A DNA stretch of 64,000 bases from Squalus acanthias (Eukaryota), in contig CM059432.1 in assembly GCA_030390025.1 (NCBI GenBank), forward strand, positions 106,518,001 to 106,582,000. The letters are read 5' to 3'. Positions 37,951 through 49,040 of the stretch are shown here, piece by piece (positions within the stretch are counted from its first letter, which is position 1; every line of letters starts with the position of its first letter). A model generated the notes under the pieces. That model was not told the origin of the DNA. It made no database searches and saw only the letters and a list, made by a program, of their open reading frames with translations. The position numbers and the translations under genes are program-made.

Positions 37951-38469
37951 TAGAGTGAAGTTTTAGCTGAGTTCTGAAGAAGCAGACAAAATGAAAAGAA
38001 GGAAAGGAAAGCCAAACCAGGCTTCAAGTCTCAAGAGGGGAGGAAAAATCCAAAAAAGACCCAAGAAATATTAGAGAAGGACTAGGAGGGGAGAGAGAGG
38101 AAGAAGATGCTTTGTTGTTTCCTTTAAAGGTGGGTGCACTGCATCACTGGTTTCTTGGAAGACTGCTTTACTTTACTGTTGATTTCTGTTCATTTGGACT
38201 TTGGGATTTTCTCCCCATTGTTGTGGCCTGCAGAGGCTGAAGATGTAGGAGGAAGAAGGATGTAGCCAACACAAGGTTTTGCCATTATACTGTTGTTGCT
38301 GCTGCCTCAGAGTAGAGAGGGAAGAGGAGTGAAGAGAGGGCTGGATGTGTGTGTGCAGGACTATATTGATAACAAAGAGCAACACCCCAATGCCTTGCCT
38401 AGATCACACAAATTGCCTAGGTGAAGACTGCGGAGGAGAAGTCACCATCACAAGGGAACCGCCTATAGG

Positions 38470-40945
38470 ATCTTCTGAGGACATGAGGTGCCATGCCTGT
38501 AAGGAGGTGGGGCATCGTCACAAGAATTGCCTCACCTCACAGGCCATCAAGACACCAAAGGCGGCCGAGGCTGGCGTCGCAAACCTGACGCCCCCTCATC
38601 TGCCCTCTTGGAAACGACTGTCAGCGGAGGCAACCGTCAACACTGTCTCTGCTGGGAAGGGCGTCAATCGCCTTTGGGGAAAGAAGATAAAGCATTTACG
38701 GTCTGATTCCAGTACTGCTGAGCCAGAGGAGACACATGCCCCCACACCACCCGGGGTGGGCACTGCGGCCCCCACACCACCCGGGGTGGGCACTGCGGCC
38801 CCCACACCACCCGGGGTGGGCACTGCGGCCCCTACACCACCCGGGGTGGGCACTGCGGCCCCAAAAGTGGAGGATGATCCTGCAAAGGCCACCCTCCTGC
38901 TGAAGGGGAGTGGGTGCCTCAAAAGGATCCTGGGGTTCCTCTCGCAAGTCATCTGGCGGACCCACTGAGCACTCCCACTGGAGGGTGGAGCGACCCCTGA
39001 CCACCCACTGACCCCGCTGGAGGGCAGAGCAGCAGTAAGGCCCATTCCTGCTGTGCTTCCAGCGTGGGAGGGGCAGGTTCCGCCCGGGGGGAGCGATAGA
39101 GCCCAGTGACTCTGCGACTGAGCCACCTTTGACTGGGTCAGGCACCCTGGATGCCGGGGCGGAGGGACGGCGATCCCTGATTCCCACTTGGCCCTTGGAA
39201 AGAGCTCACAAAATTTTCTCGACCTGGTCAAGGGTGTCCATAGTTTTGCTCCCTTAGAAGGGTGGGTTGGTGCTGCTGAAGAAGGGGAGGCCCCTTCAGT
39301 CCCTCCCCCCCTTGCTCCCTTACCCACTCGCCCCCCTGCCCCCTCTCTGGGCTTGCTGTGAGGTGGACCGAGGAATCTGATTTTATCCCGTGTCCTCCTG
39401 TGGCCTTGCGCCTTTGTTGCGTTGCCTGGAGCGGGGGAGAGGTCCAATCCGCTACTGCCCTCTGACCCTAAACCCCCGGAGGAGCCTAGTAAGGACTCTT
39501 TGGCCGTGGATCCTGACGGTGGGATCCAGGTAGAGGTGGGGTTGGCCTATCCACTCATTGCACTGTGTGTTGTGGGCGGGTTGGTCGTTGGCGGCAATGG
39601 CCATGGAGGAGGACGGTGACTCAGAGGCGGGCACCGGAGATGACATTGAGTCCATCGCCAGTGAGGCGGTGGATTCCCTGGTGCCCCTCCGAGTTGTGGA
39701 GCTCCAGAAGTTTGTTGTGGGACACCTGTGTCGTCGCAATAATGTCTAGCTGGCCCTTGACCTATGGTCAGAATTGGTATTGCTCATCCAGTCAGTCCGT
39801 GCGGCTATTAAGACCCTGTGCATGGATGAGGTTGTCGACCGGATTGGGCTGCGGCATCTCCAAAGGTTGTTCAGTGCATTCCTGAGGGAGTGGAGGCTAA
39901 CTAGTGGCCCTGTTTCCCCCCTTATAACTAGTTATGTATTGTGCTAGGTTTATTTAACTCTTGCTATGAAGATAACTATAACCAACCTCAATGTCAACAG
40001 CAGCAGGGGGGACTACCGCAGATTTCAGCACCTCGTGGTCCTTAAGGAAGGGAAATATCCTTCCTGCAGGAAACCCACACCAGTCCAGGAGACAAAGCTA
40101 AAAGGATCCTGGAGTGGGGAGGGGAGTCTACTTGAGTCACCTTGCCACCACTTCTGGGCAGGTTATCTTGTTGGCCCCACATTTTCAGCCGAAGATCTGG
40201 GGGTTAAGGAGCCAGTGCCAGGCTGCTTGGTCCATGTTACTGTTCACCTTGGGAATGTGCTGTTTCACTTGATGAAACTTCACGTGTTCACCCCTCAGGC
40301 TGGTCCTGAGCAAGTGTGCTTCTTCGATGAAGTGTTCACTTACCTCAACTCTGTCGATGCTGGCGAGTGCATAGTCCTCAGGTTGGGGGATTTCAACTGC
40401 ACCCTCGAGGTGAGGGACAGCCCCCGCCGCCCCCCCCAAAGCCTGTTGGCAACAGAGAAGTTAAGGGACCCGGTCAGGTCCTTTGACTTGGTGGATGTCT
40501 GGCGGAACCTACATCCTGACTCCAGTGGCTTCACGTTTTGTGAGGCCTGGATGAGGGCGGAACAGAATTAACCGCCTTCATATTTCCTGGGCGTACATCT
40601 CCTGCATTCCGCCATACATCCAGTGTCATGCTCGGACCATCATTGGCTGTGGATGGAGCTTGCTCTACTCCGTGCATGGATAAGGTCCGCATAATGGCAT
40701 TTTAACAATCTGCTGTTGGAGGACAAGCGGTTCCGGGAGTCGTTCCATTGATTCTGGAACCACTGAAGAAGGGAGGCTTCTCCTCCTTGAGGCTTTGGTG
40801 GGACATGGACAAGGCTCACATCTGTCTCTTCTGCCAAGAGTCCGCGATGGTGTCGACTAAGAGGCGGGAGTCCAGGATCTAGCGGTTGGAGAAGGAGGTG
40901 CTTGGTCTGGAGTCCCGTCTCAGTCAAGTCGTTGAGAATCCGGCC
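38470..40945 (+). mobile_element. Tx1/L1-clade LINE fragment (ORF1 3' part plus ORF2 endonuclease)
   Basis: CCHC knuckle CHACKEVGHRHKNC; ORF2 start at 39966 (MKITITNLNVN) with GDFNCTL, DVWRNLHPD and SDH motifs; frameshifted. Confidence 0.85.
38741..38860 (+). repeat. 30-bp tandem repeat x4 (PTPPGVGTAA in ORF1 frame)
   Basis: cccacaccacccggggtgggcactgcggcc, four copies with one mismatch. Confidence 0.95.
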
Positions 40946-41060
40946 CTGCAGCCATGTCTCAGTGACACCTATAACATCTAGGTTTTCTAATGCTGCAGAA
41001 GATTTTAGTTCTACCAGTTTATTTCTAAGATTTCTTGCAATAACATAGAAGCATTTCAAT
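40945..41060 (-). mobile_element. CR1 ORF2 N-terminal fragment
   Basis: KCFYVIARNLRNKLVELK...DVIGVTETWLQG; probably the separated 5' part of the 35556-37950 copy. Confidence 0.75.
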
Positions 41061-42740
41061 GGTCTATCAGTTAGCTGACTCTGGGTACTATTCCATTTCT
41101 GTGCCTTCCCTTTGGAAAATCTGGGTAGTCTATTAATTGCCTGGCTTTAGCTCACCACCTACTCACTGCAACAAATTCAGCATATGGAGGTCATTGGAAC
41201 AAAACCATATCCTAACTCCATGACACTATTTTGGAGGTCAAAAACCGATAGTAAGAAAATAAATCATATTTTCTCATGGTCTTTTACATTATCGTTATTA
41301 CAGATTGGAACTCGAGCAAGGAATTCTGATTCTCTATAAATATCTGTTGCTGTACTCCATTCATGAGCAATAATGTATAACTTAGTAACATTATACAACA
41401 AATAGGAAAGGATAATTAATTAGGTCTCTATGGGATTTAACACCCAATGCTGATTGATCTAATATGTGAGTAATTTTTATTCAAGCTTCAGCCTTTGAAC
41501 TCCTCAATTTGAGTACCTGCAAAATCAAAGATAATTTCTTAAAGCAGTTGCTGCACGAGTTCTCTTAGACTGCTAGAAATCATGAACATGCTCCCTATAA
41601 CTACCACAAGGAAAGTGGACACATCTTCACTTTATGTTATTAAGAATCAGTTGTAGACCCACAGAGTTTAGTCGGTTGACAGGGCCAGGGGAAAAGGATG
41701 CATACTTCACCACTGGAAATCCAAGGTTGGCCACTTCCATTGTGCCCTCTCTACCAACCCCCTCCGCCCAACCCCACAACCCCCCCGCCACCACAGTGGA
41801 AAGATGGATGTATGCCCACAACAGCTACATCAAGGAAAAATAAGACTACCAGGAAAAATGCTGGAATCAGCTGTCCTCGCACGACCATTAGACTGAGCGT
41901 GCATGGTAGCTATTCATTTTCCACCAATGGTGATGGTATGTCAGGATGTACCCAATGCTACTCTGCACGTACAGAGGGGCACTTTAAGAAAGGGACAAAA
42001 GAATGACTTGCATTTTTATAGTGACTTTCACAATCTCAGGACATCCCAAAGTGCTTTACAGCCAATTAAGTAATTTTGAAGTGTAGTCACTGTTGTAATG
42101 TAATTTCTCCTTTGTATATGTACAATGATATATTTTTTAAGTGACTCACCAAACTAAGCCCAAAATTATCCTAATTAAACAAACTTTGAGTATATTTCCA
42201 GAATTCATTCAAATTTACCTAGTTTAGGGTACTTCAGAATTTGGTTTGTTATCATAACCAGTTTAAAAGAGAGAAATTTCAAAAGGGAGGATGATGTAAA
42301 CATTAAGTAAGGCAGGGCAATCAGTCAGAGTTGCTGCAATGTTCTCTCCTTCACTGGGTTATTAATGGATCTTCAGGCTGGCATTCCTGGAACAAATGGC
42401 TTGGCAGAAGTGCTGGGAAGTTCTTGTGAATATGTCACTATTTACAAATCCATTCAGGATCTTCAGAAAGGGGAAAGGAACACTGAAACCACAAGGGCCA
42501 TACTGGGAAACCAGCCAAGACCACCAATGAACAAAAAAAAGCACTTCAAAGGGAAATGGGGAGTCTGAACATGTACAAAGATCAATAAAATGAGCTCTTG
42601 TGGACTATTTTGTGAGCCAACATGTATGACTTGGAATATTAAAACTATACAAGTAATGAGGATATTCATGAACAGTAGCATCTCATACTTCTTATTCTCA
42701 CATGTATTGTCTGTTAGTGAGGCATAGAGATATATCTCCA

Positions 42741-42876
42741 CAGGGGTTCTCCCACTTGTCCACTATAATGTTGGTGAAAGAGCCGCAGAATTCCTGGAAG
42801 AAGTGACTGCACCGTTATTCTGGGGTTTCCGCTGCTCTTGTGCCAAAGTTATGGTGGACAAGTGGAAGAAACCCTG
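42741..42876. mobile_element. Decayed hairpin MITE
   Basis: Arms gggttctcccacttgtccactataa / ttatggtggacaagtggaagaaaccc are complementary. Confidence 0.6.
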
Positions 42877-43025
42877 CCACAAAACTTCATCCAGAAAGTT
42901 TATTTACAGTTTGAACAAGTAAATAAAGGACTGTGTATCTCTGCTCTGTAGGCTATCTAAGCTGTCCTTATGTGATGATAACACAGGAAAGCCTTGAAAT
43001 TATTCTGTGGGATATTAGCATATGA

Positions 43026-43628
43026 TGTGGAGATGCTGGTGTTGGACTGGGGTGGACAAATGTGAGAAGTCGCACAACACCAGGTTATAGTCCAACAGCT
43101 TTATTTGAAATCACAAGCTTTCGGAGCGCTGCTCCTTCGTCAAGTGAAGTGAAGAGATGCATATAGACACAGCATATATAGTCAGAGAACACTGCCAGAT
43201 GATTACCGTTAATCTTTCCAACTGCCCTTTATCACACCTCGGCAGATAGATAATCACGGCAATCAAAGATGTGGATGGTGTCCAAACGGGTCAGTCAGGA
43301 AAACATTACATCTAAGACAATGTGGCAGATGCTGGGGTCTGTATGGAAAACAAAAAACTTTTTTTGCTGGAAATCACAGCAGGTCCGGCCGCATCTTCGG
43401 GTAAGCGTTCTCCAAGGCGGCTTTCAAGACACACGACAACGCAAAATTGTCGAGCAGAAACTGATAGCCAAGTTCCGCACCCATGAGGATGGCCTCAACC
43501 GGGATCTTGGGTTCATGTCACGCTACATGTAACCCCACCTGACGTAGAGTCATCCAGACTCGAGTCGTGTTGACTTGTTCTCTCTACACAGATGCGGCCG
43601 GACCTGCTGTGATTTCCAGCAAAAAAAG
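43026..43628. mobile_element. Composite of Penelope-like fragments
   Basis: Family-B terminus on - (hammerhead-like motif 43111-43147 with core C3 changed to U); GIY-YIG C-terminus on + (LRVSVLQGG...DGLNRDLGFMSRY) enclosed by a perfect 39-bp inverted repeat. Confidence 0.8.
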
Positions 43629-44084
43629 ACTATAACATATATAAAACCAAGCAAATACTTTGACAAAGTAGCACAGCACTAATGTAGTTGTGCATAAGTA
43701 TAAAAACAAAAGTATGATTGTCTTATAACCTTTTGATGGTACAATCTTACCTAATTTTCATCCAAGAAAAAAGTGTCAATTCTTTACCTCTATCCAATAG
43801 CTTTTTTTAAGACTAGCCGATCTCCTGTGGTTATGCTGTTGGGAGGGAGGGGTGCTAGGTATGGAAGTGGGAAAAGCTATCATGTCCCCAATAACAGAAT
43901 TTGGAAAGGAGTTTGTAAGAAATTTCATCAGAGATAGTGGTTCTTGATTGGTTCCTGGAAAATAAATAAATAGATTATGCTTTTCCTAACCTGCTGCAAG
44001 CAGATAAATAAATAAATTGATTGATTAATTCGATAAATGGCATGGTTACATAAATAATTCTTTACCTGTCTCACAGAGGGTAAA

Positions 44085-44560
44085 AGCACTTTTTAGTGCA
44101 AAACCAGGTCCCACAAACAACAGAGATAATGACCCGCTAATCTGTTTTAGTGATGTTGGTTGAGGGATAAATATTGGCCAGGGAGAACTCCTTGAATAGT
44201 GCCATGGGATCGTTTACGTCCATGGTTTAACGTCTCATCCGAAAGCCTCTGACAGTGCAGCACCAACGTTCCTTTTGAGCTGCGTGGCTGTGTGGCCGCA
44301 AAGCGGTCTCAAGGTCCCGGGCAACTGGTGAGCTGGCTTCACAATGCAAAAAACCATGCATGGGCGGAAATTTGAATGGGGCGCAGAGCCCATTAAAGGG
44401 GCCGCGTGGCCGAAAAAAAATTAGGGGGAACATTGTGCAGCACTCCCTCAGTATGTCAATGGAACATCAGCATTGATTATGGGCTCAAGTCTCTGGAGTG
44501 GGGGTTGAACTCACGGCCTTCTGACTCAGAGACAAGAGTGCTACCACTGAGCCACAGCTG
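44085..44560 (-). mobile_element. Deu-domain SINE
   Basis: tRNA-like head at ~44500-44560 (reverse complement gtggctcagtggtagc...gagttcaacccc) and Deu body. Confidence 0.8.
44264..44435. mobile_element. hAT-type MITE inserted in the SINE
   Basis: 8-bp TSD tgcagcac at 44256-44263 and 44436-44443; imperfect TIR CAACGTTCC / CAATGTTCC. Confidence 0.75.
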
Positions 44561-44714
44561 TATGAGCTGTGTTTATGTAGCTCTTAATTGATCTTTTTAA
44601 TACATGTACACAGTTTTCTCTCCTAGAAGTAGGCACAATAGTCAACAAGCTGTGGTAAAAAAATCAGCAGGTGTAGTTTTAAAAGGCAAGTTAATCACAT
44701 TTTAAAATTTGTCC

Positions 44715-46800
44715 TTGGGATGTGGGTAACGCTGGCCAGGCAGTATTTATTGCCCAAACCTAGTCATCCTGAATGCATTAAGAGTCAATCACATAGGCCG
44801 GGATTTTCCTTATCTTGGCGGGTCCGGGGCAGGCGATGTCGATGGCGGATCACGGCCCCGCTGCTGGCTCCATCCCGCTATACAAAATTAATTTACATTG
44901 ATAGGGCTTGTTAAGCCCGCCCCGCACCTTTCCCGGGCCAATTAGAGGGAGCAGGTCTGGTGACGTCATTCATGACGTGTCATCAGCCGGTTTCCTTAAA
45001 GGGACCATGGCCAACTTCCTTTTGAAATTTGTGCTGTCAGTGTTCTGCAGCATTGAGCTGCTGCAAACACTGACAATGACTGCACCGAGACAGAGGGCTG
45101 CACCCAGGCTCTCCCATGACACCCTCCATAGGACGCAGCGAGGCCCTCTTCCCTTCTGGGGAGGTCTCTTCCGCTCATCAGGAGACCAAAACAACCTGGT
45201 TGCACATTGCACAGGAGGGCACAAGCAGGGATGTCGTTAGGAGGACCAGGCTGCAGTGGTGCAAACCTTTCAATGATCTCATTAGATCACGAAACGTTAG
45301 TACAAAGCCACACTCAACCTCATCCTGCTGTGCCTGTGCCTCTCATCACATCCCCATCACTCTGCCTTCCCTACCCTACTCCTGCACATCCTTACTCACA
45401 CCAACTTATCTTGCACCTCCACCCATCCCTCTCTCTCTACATTATCACTTCCCCATCTCACTAGCCACCCCTCACACTCGCCCTCATCCTAGTCCAATCA
45501 TACCAACTAACAACATACAGGGTAGCCACTTGGGTGTTTTATCAAATGTTCATGTAAAGTTTCTGTTAATGTGCTGTCAAACATTGAAATCTTTATTTTC
45601 AACACTTTCCGTTCTTGGACAGATCTGTGTGTACCATTGGAAGTGGCTTAGTGAGTTGCAGTGAATGGTGAGACATAACAGTAGCCCCCACAACGGTGAT
45701 GAGTGTGAAAGGAATGGCTTGGTCATTGTAGGGATGCTTTATGGTGTTGGTGTAAGGTGGTGCCAACCTGGCGCATCATGTGGCAGCCATATGGGTGTAC
45801 AGTGTAAAGTGAAGTAAATCTGGCTATGATGAGGCCATCCCTGGCCTCCCAATGTGCTCGGGTGCTGATGCCCTGTGTCCTGTGCAGCATCAGGTGATTG
45901 CAGAGAAGGTTGGTGTTGATGTTGCTGCTGCTGGTGTGTATGGTGCTGCTGGTGTTGGGGCTCATCGTGGTCTGATTCTGAGGACCAAGGTGAGACAGTA
46001 TAAATGGCACCCATGTTGATGGAATAGATGGCAGGTGAAGTACAGATGACAGAAGCGATCTGTCAATGGTGAAAGAGGTAATGAGGTGAAACTGGATGGA
46101 GACTTGTGGAAAGACTTGCAGCATGCTGAATCTGTTGTGCAAATGCAGTGAGGAACAGCTTGTGGCTGGGAAAAGTGAAGATCTGTCAGGTGGGAGCTTT
46201 CACTGTACATTTGAGGCTGTCAAGTAATCAGCTGCAGCAATGGCCACTGAGCTCCCGCCTCAGGTTGACAGACGTGGTCACCGAACAGTGTGGTTCCCGT
46301 GGCCATGAAGTTAGAGTTAAAAAGTAAGGTAAAAAAGCCTGTTAAGTGTCAGGTAAGTACATTATAATGAGTTTAATTGGGTCACCCACCGCTGCCTGTC
46401 AGGTCTGCTCAGCGCTGACAGACCCGACATGGGAAAGGTACGTTGCGGCGGGTTCCTGACTTGCTGTCAAAAAAAACCCACTTTCCCATCCAACCCATCA
46501 CCGATCCCGCCCACTGACATCCCGGAAAATTCCGGCCATAGTGTGGGACGAGAGTCACATGTAGGCCACACCCAGTAGCGGTTGTAGCTTCCCTTCCCTG
46601 AAGGACATTATGAAGCAGTTCGGTTTTAACAACAATCCAGCAACTTTTATTAGTCATTTTATCTGCCTACAGATTACCAAATTTATTGAAATGTGAACTC
46701 ACAACAACAATAATAACTTACATTTATATATAACGCCTTTAACGTAGTAAAATGTCCCGAGGCAACCTCTGGGCTGCTAGTCCAGTTCCATAACCACTAG
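44715..46800 (-). mobile_element. HE1-like SINE split by a Harbinger insertion
   Basis: 44715-44795 matches the 3' end of the LINE at 20060; body resumes at 46538. Confidence 0.6.
44796..46537. mobile_element. Non-autonomous Harbinger deletion derivative
   Basis: TIR GGCCGGGATTTTCC / GGCCGGAATTTTCC (13/14); TSD ATA; Myb exon 1 remnant on +; transposase N-terminus (MGAIYTVSPWSSESD) joined to the C-terminus (EARDGLIIARFT) on -. Confidence 0.9.
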
Positions 46801-47516
46801 GCTGTTGTACCATAACCATTAGCAGCGACAATAACAAATCACAAAACGTCACAGCTGTAATATAAAAATCTACATTTAGCTTACCTGTAATAAACTAAAG
46901 CAACAGTTTTGCTGGACACAGTGTTATACATTAATATTTTGCCTTAGTTCTTTTTATGTTTTCTTCAAATCCTATCATGGCATTTTGAGAATTATGAAAA
47001 AAATCTGGAAATCATATCCATATGGTAATGATGCTGGTATCAGTAAAAGTGACCAGGAAGCTGTCAGATTGTTGTAAAAACCAAACTGGTTCACTAATGT
47101 CCTTTAGGGAAGGAAACCTGCCATCCATACATAGTCTAGTCTATATGGCATGTCAGCTGTGGCTCAGTTGGTAGCGCACTTGTCTCTGAGTCAGAAGGTT
47201 GTGGGTTCAAGTTCCACTCCAGGGACTTGAGCACATAAAGCTAGGCTGACACTCCAGTGCAGTGCTGCACTGTCAGAGCTGTCGTCATTCAGATGAGATG
47301 TTAAACCGAGGCCCCGTCTGCTCTCAAAGGATCCCATGGCACTATTTCGAAGAAGAGTAGGGGAGTTCTCCCCGGTGTCTTGGCCAATATTTATCCCTCA
47401 ACCAACATCACTGAAACAGATAATCTGGTCATTATCACATTGCTGTTTGTGGGAACTTGCTGTTCACAAATTGGCTGCTGCATTTCCCACATTACATCAG
47501 TGACTACACTTCAAAA

Positions 47517-48146
47517 AAACAATTTCAGATCATAACCTCGGCCCCTATCATATATATTTTTTTCCCACACTTTTTTTGTTTTTTTTGTTTGTTTTTTCTT
47601 TTCTTCTCTCCCACATGGCAGCTGTCTTTCATTCTGTGGAGATGCCGGTGTTGGACTGGGGTGGACAAATGTGAGAAGTCGCACAACACCAGGTTATAGT
47701 CCAACAGCTTTATTTGAAATCACAAGCTTTCGGAGCACTGCTCCTTCGTCAGCGCTGGAAGCGAAGGAGCAGCGCTCCAAAAGCTTGTGAGTTCAAATAA
47801 AGCTGTTGGACTATAACCTGCTGTTGTGCGACTTCTCACATTTGTCTTTCATTCTGCCAGCGCAATTTACACTTCATCTCGAGCCATCTTTTGTTTCTTA
47901 ACCTGTCCCATTACCATCTCCTTTTGCCTTGAATATCTCTTAATGTCTCTTAACCTCTCCCGCCTTCTATCCTATCACAGACCTTCCCTTTTGTTCTTTC
48001 ATCCCCTCCCCCCTTTCCCTGCTCCTGCACTTGCTTAAAATCTGTTCCATTTCCTGCTTTTTTCCAGTTCTGACGAAAGTTAACTCTGTTTCTCTCTTCA
48101 CAGATGCTGCCTGACCTGCTGAGTATCTCCAGCATTTTCTGTTTTT
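47517..48146 (+). mobile_element. Penelope-like 3' fragment (family A)
   Basis: Begins at the ORF end (aacaatttcaga); terminus matches 1988-2272; hammerhead motif lacks helix II. Confidence 0.75.
47637..47846. mobile_element. Fold-back Penelope-derived element (family B)
   Basis: 85-bp inverted arms 47664-47748 and 47762-47846; 14-bp TSD tgtctttcattctg at 47623-47636 and 47843-47856. Confidence 0.85.
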
Positions 48147-48631
48147 ACTTTAAAAGTACTTCATTGGCTGTAAATCGTTTTGAGACATCCGGTGGTTGTG
48201 AAAGGTGCTACATAAATGGAAGTCTTTCTTTTATATGTGACTCCAGTCTCTCACCAATGTGGTTAACTGCCCTCTGAAGTGGCCTAGCAAGCTGCGCAGA
48301 AGTACTGGGAATGGGTAATAAATGCAAGTATTACCAGCAACACCCATATCCTGAGAATGAGTCCCAACCTTCTTGAAAGTTTCCTGTGTTCTTTGCTGGA
48401 GGCAGATCCTTCCCCTGCTCAAACAAGGCCATTGATGCAGCGGGGTTGGGGCTGGGTCAGTGGCGGGGATTCCCAAATCAGCAGTTCCTGCATCCCCAGC
48501 CTCTCACAACTAGTGGCTAGTTCACCCAGTGATAGGAGGTGCACTAGGCTGTTGTGGGACCCATCTTGCAGGGCTCAGGCCAGGGTTGTGGTCTGGGCCT
48601 TGAAGCAAAGGGCAAAAAATGTATTGTAATG

Positions 48632-49040
48632 CTCAACGTAAGCTCAAGGAACAGCACCTCATCTTTCGATTAGGCACTTTACAGCCTTCCGGACTTAACA
48701 TCGAGTTCAACAATTTCAGACAATAATCCCTGCCCCCATTTTTCATGCTGTATGATTTTGCCATTCCCATTTGCAACATTTTATCTTTCCTGCCTCTTAC
48801 ATAAGCACAGTATGTTCTTTCAATTCCTTCCTCCCCTCCTAAACCCTCCCCCCCCCCACCCCTGTCTCTGCACCTGCTTAATATCTGTTACATCTCCAGC
48901 TTTTTCCAGTTCTGATGAAGGGTCCCAGACCTGAAACGTTAACTCTGTTTCTCTCTCCACGGATGCTGCCTGGCCTGCTGAGTATTTCCAGCATTTTCTG
49001 TTGTTATTTCAGATTTCCAGCATCCGCAGTATTTTGCTAT
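48632..49040 (+). mobile_element. Penelope-like 3' fragment (family A)
   Basis: Encodes the GIY-YIG C-terminus QRKLKEQHLIFRLGTLQPSGLNIEFNNFR; 12-bp TSD tgtattgtaatg at 48620-48631 and 49041-49052. Confidence 0.85.
48908..48944 (+). ncRNA. Minimal hammerhead ribozyme motif (family A)
   Basis: AGTT-CTGATGA-A-GGGTC-cca-GACCT-GAA-ACGT-T-AACT. Confidence 0.72.

Larger units (their letters stand above)
47148..48231 (+). mobile_element. Full-length Deu-domain SINE interrupted by Penelope fragments
   Basis: A box tggctcagttgg, B box ggttcaagttcc; TSD tatatg at 47142-47147 and 48232-48237; interrupted ~47517-48146. Confidence 0.85.
46993..48358 (+). mobile_element. HE1-like SINE hosting nested insertions
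   Basis: Body 47020-47147 resumes at 48232; candidate TSD tgagaat at 46986-46992 and 48352-48358. Confidence 0.65.

Noticed and set aside
38741..38860. 30-bp palindromic repeats as a CRISPR array
   Set aside because: Units are contiguous with no spacers, lie in a LINE ORF1, and the context is eukaryotic with no cas genes.
38596..39447. 283-aa minus-strand ORF
   Set aside because: Antisense to the GC-rich Tx1 ORF1 and tandem repeat.
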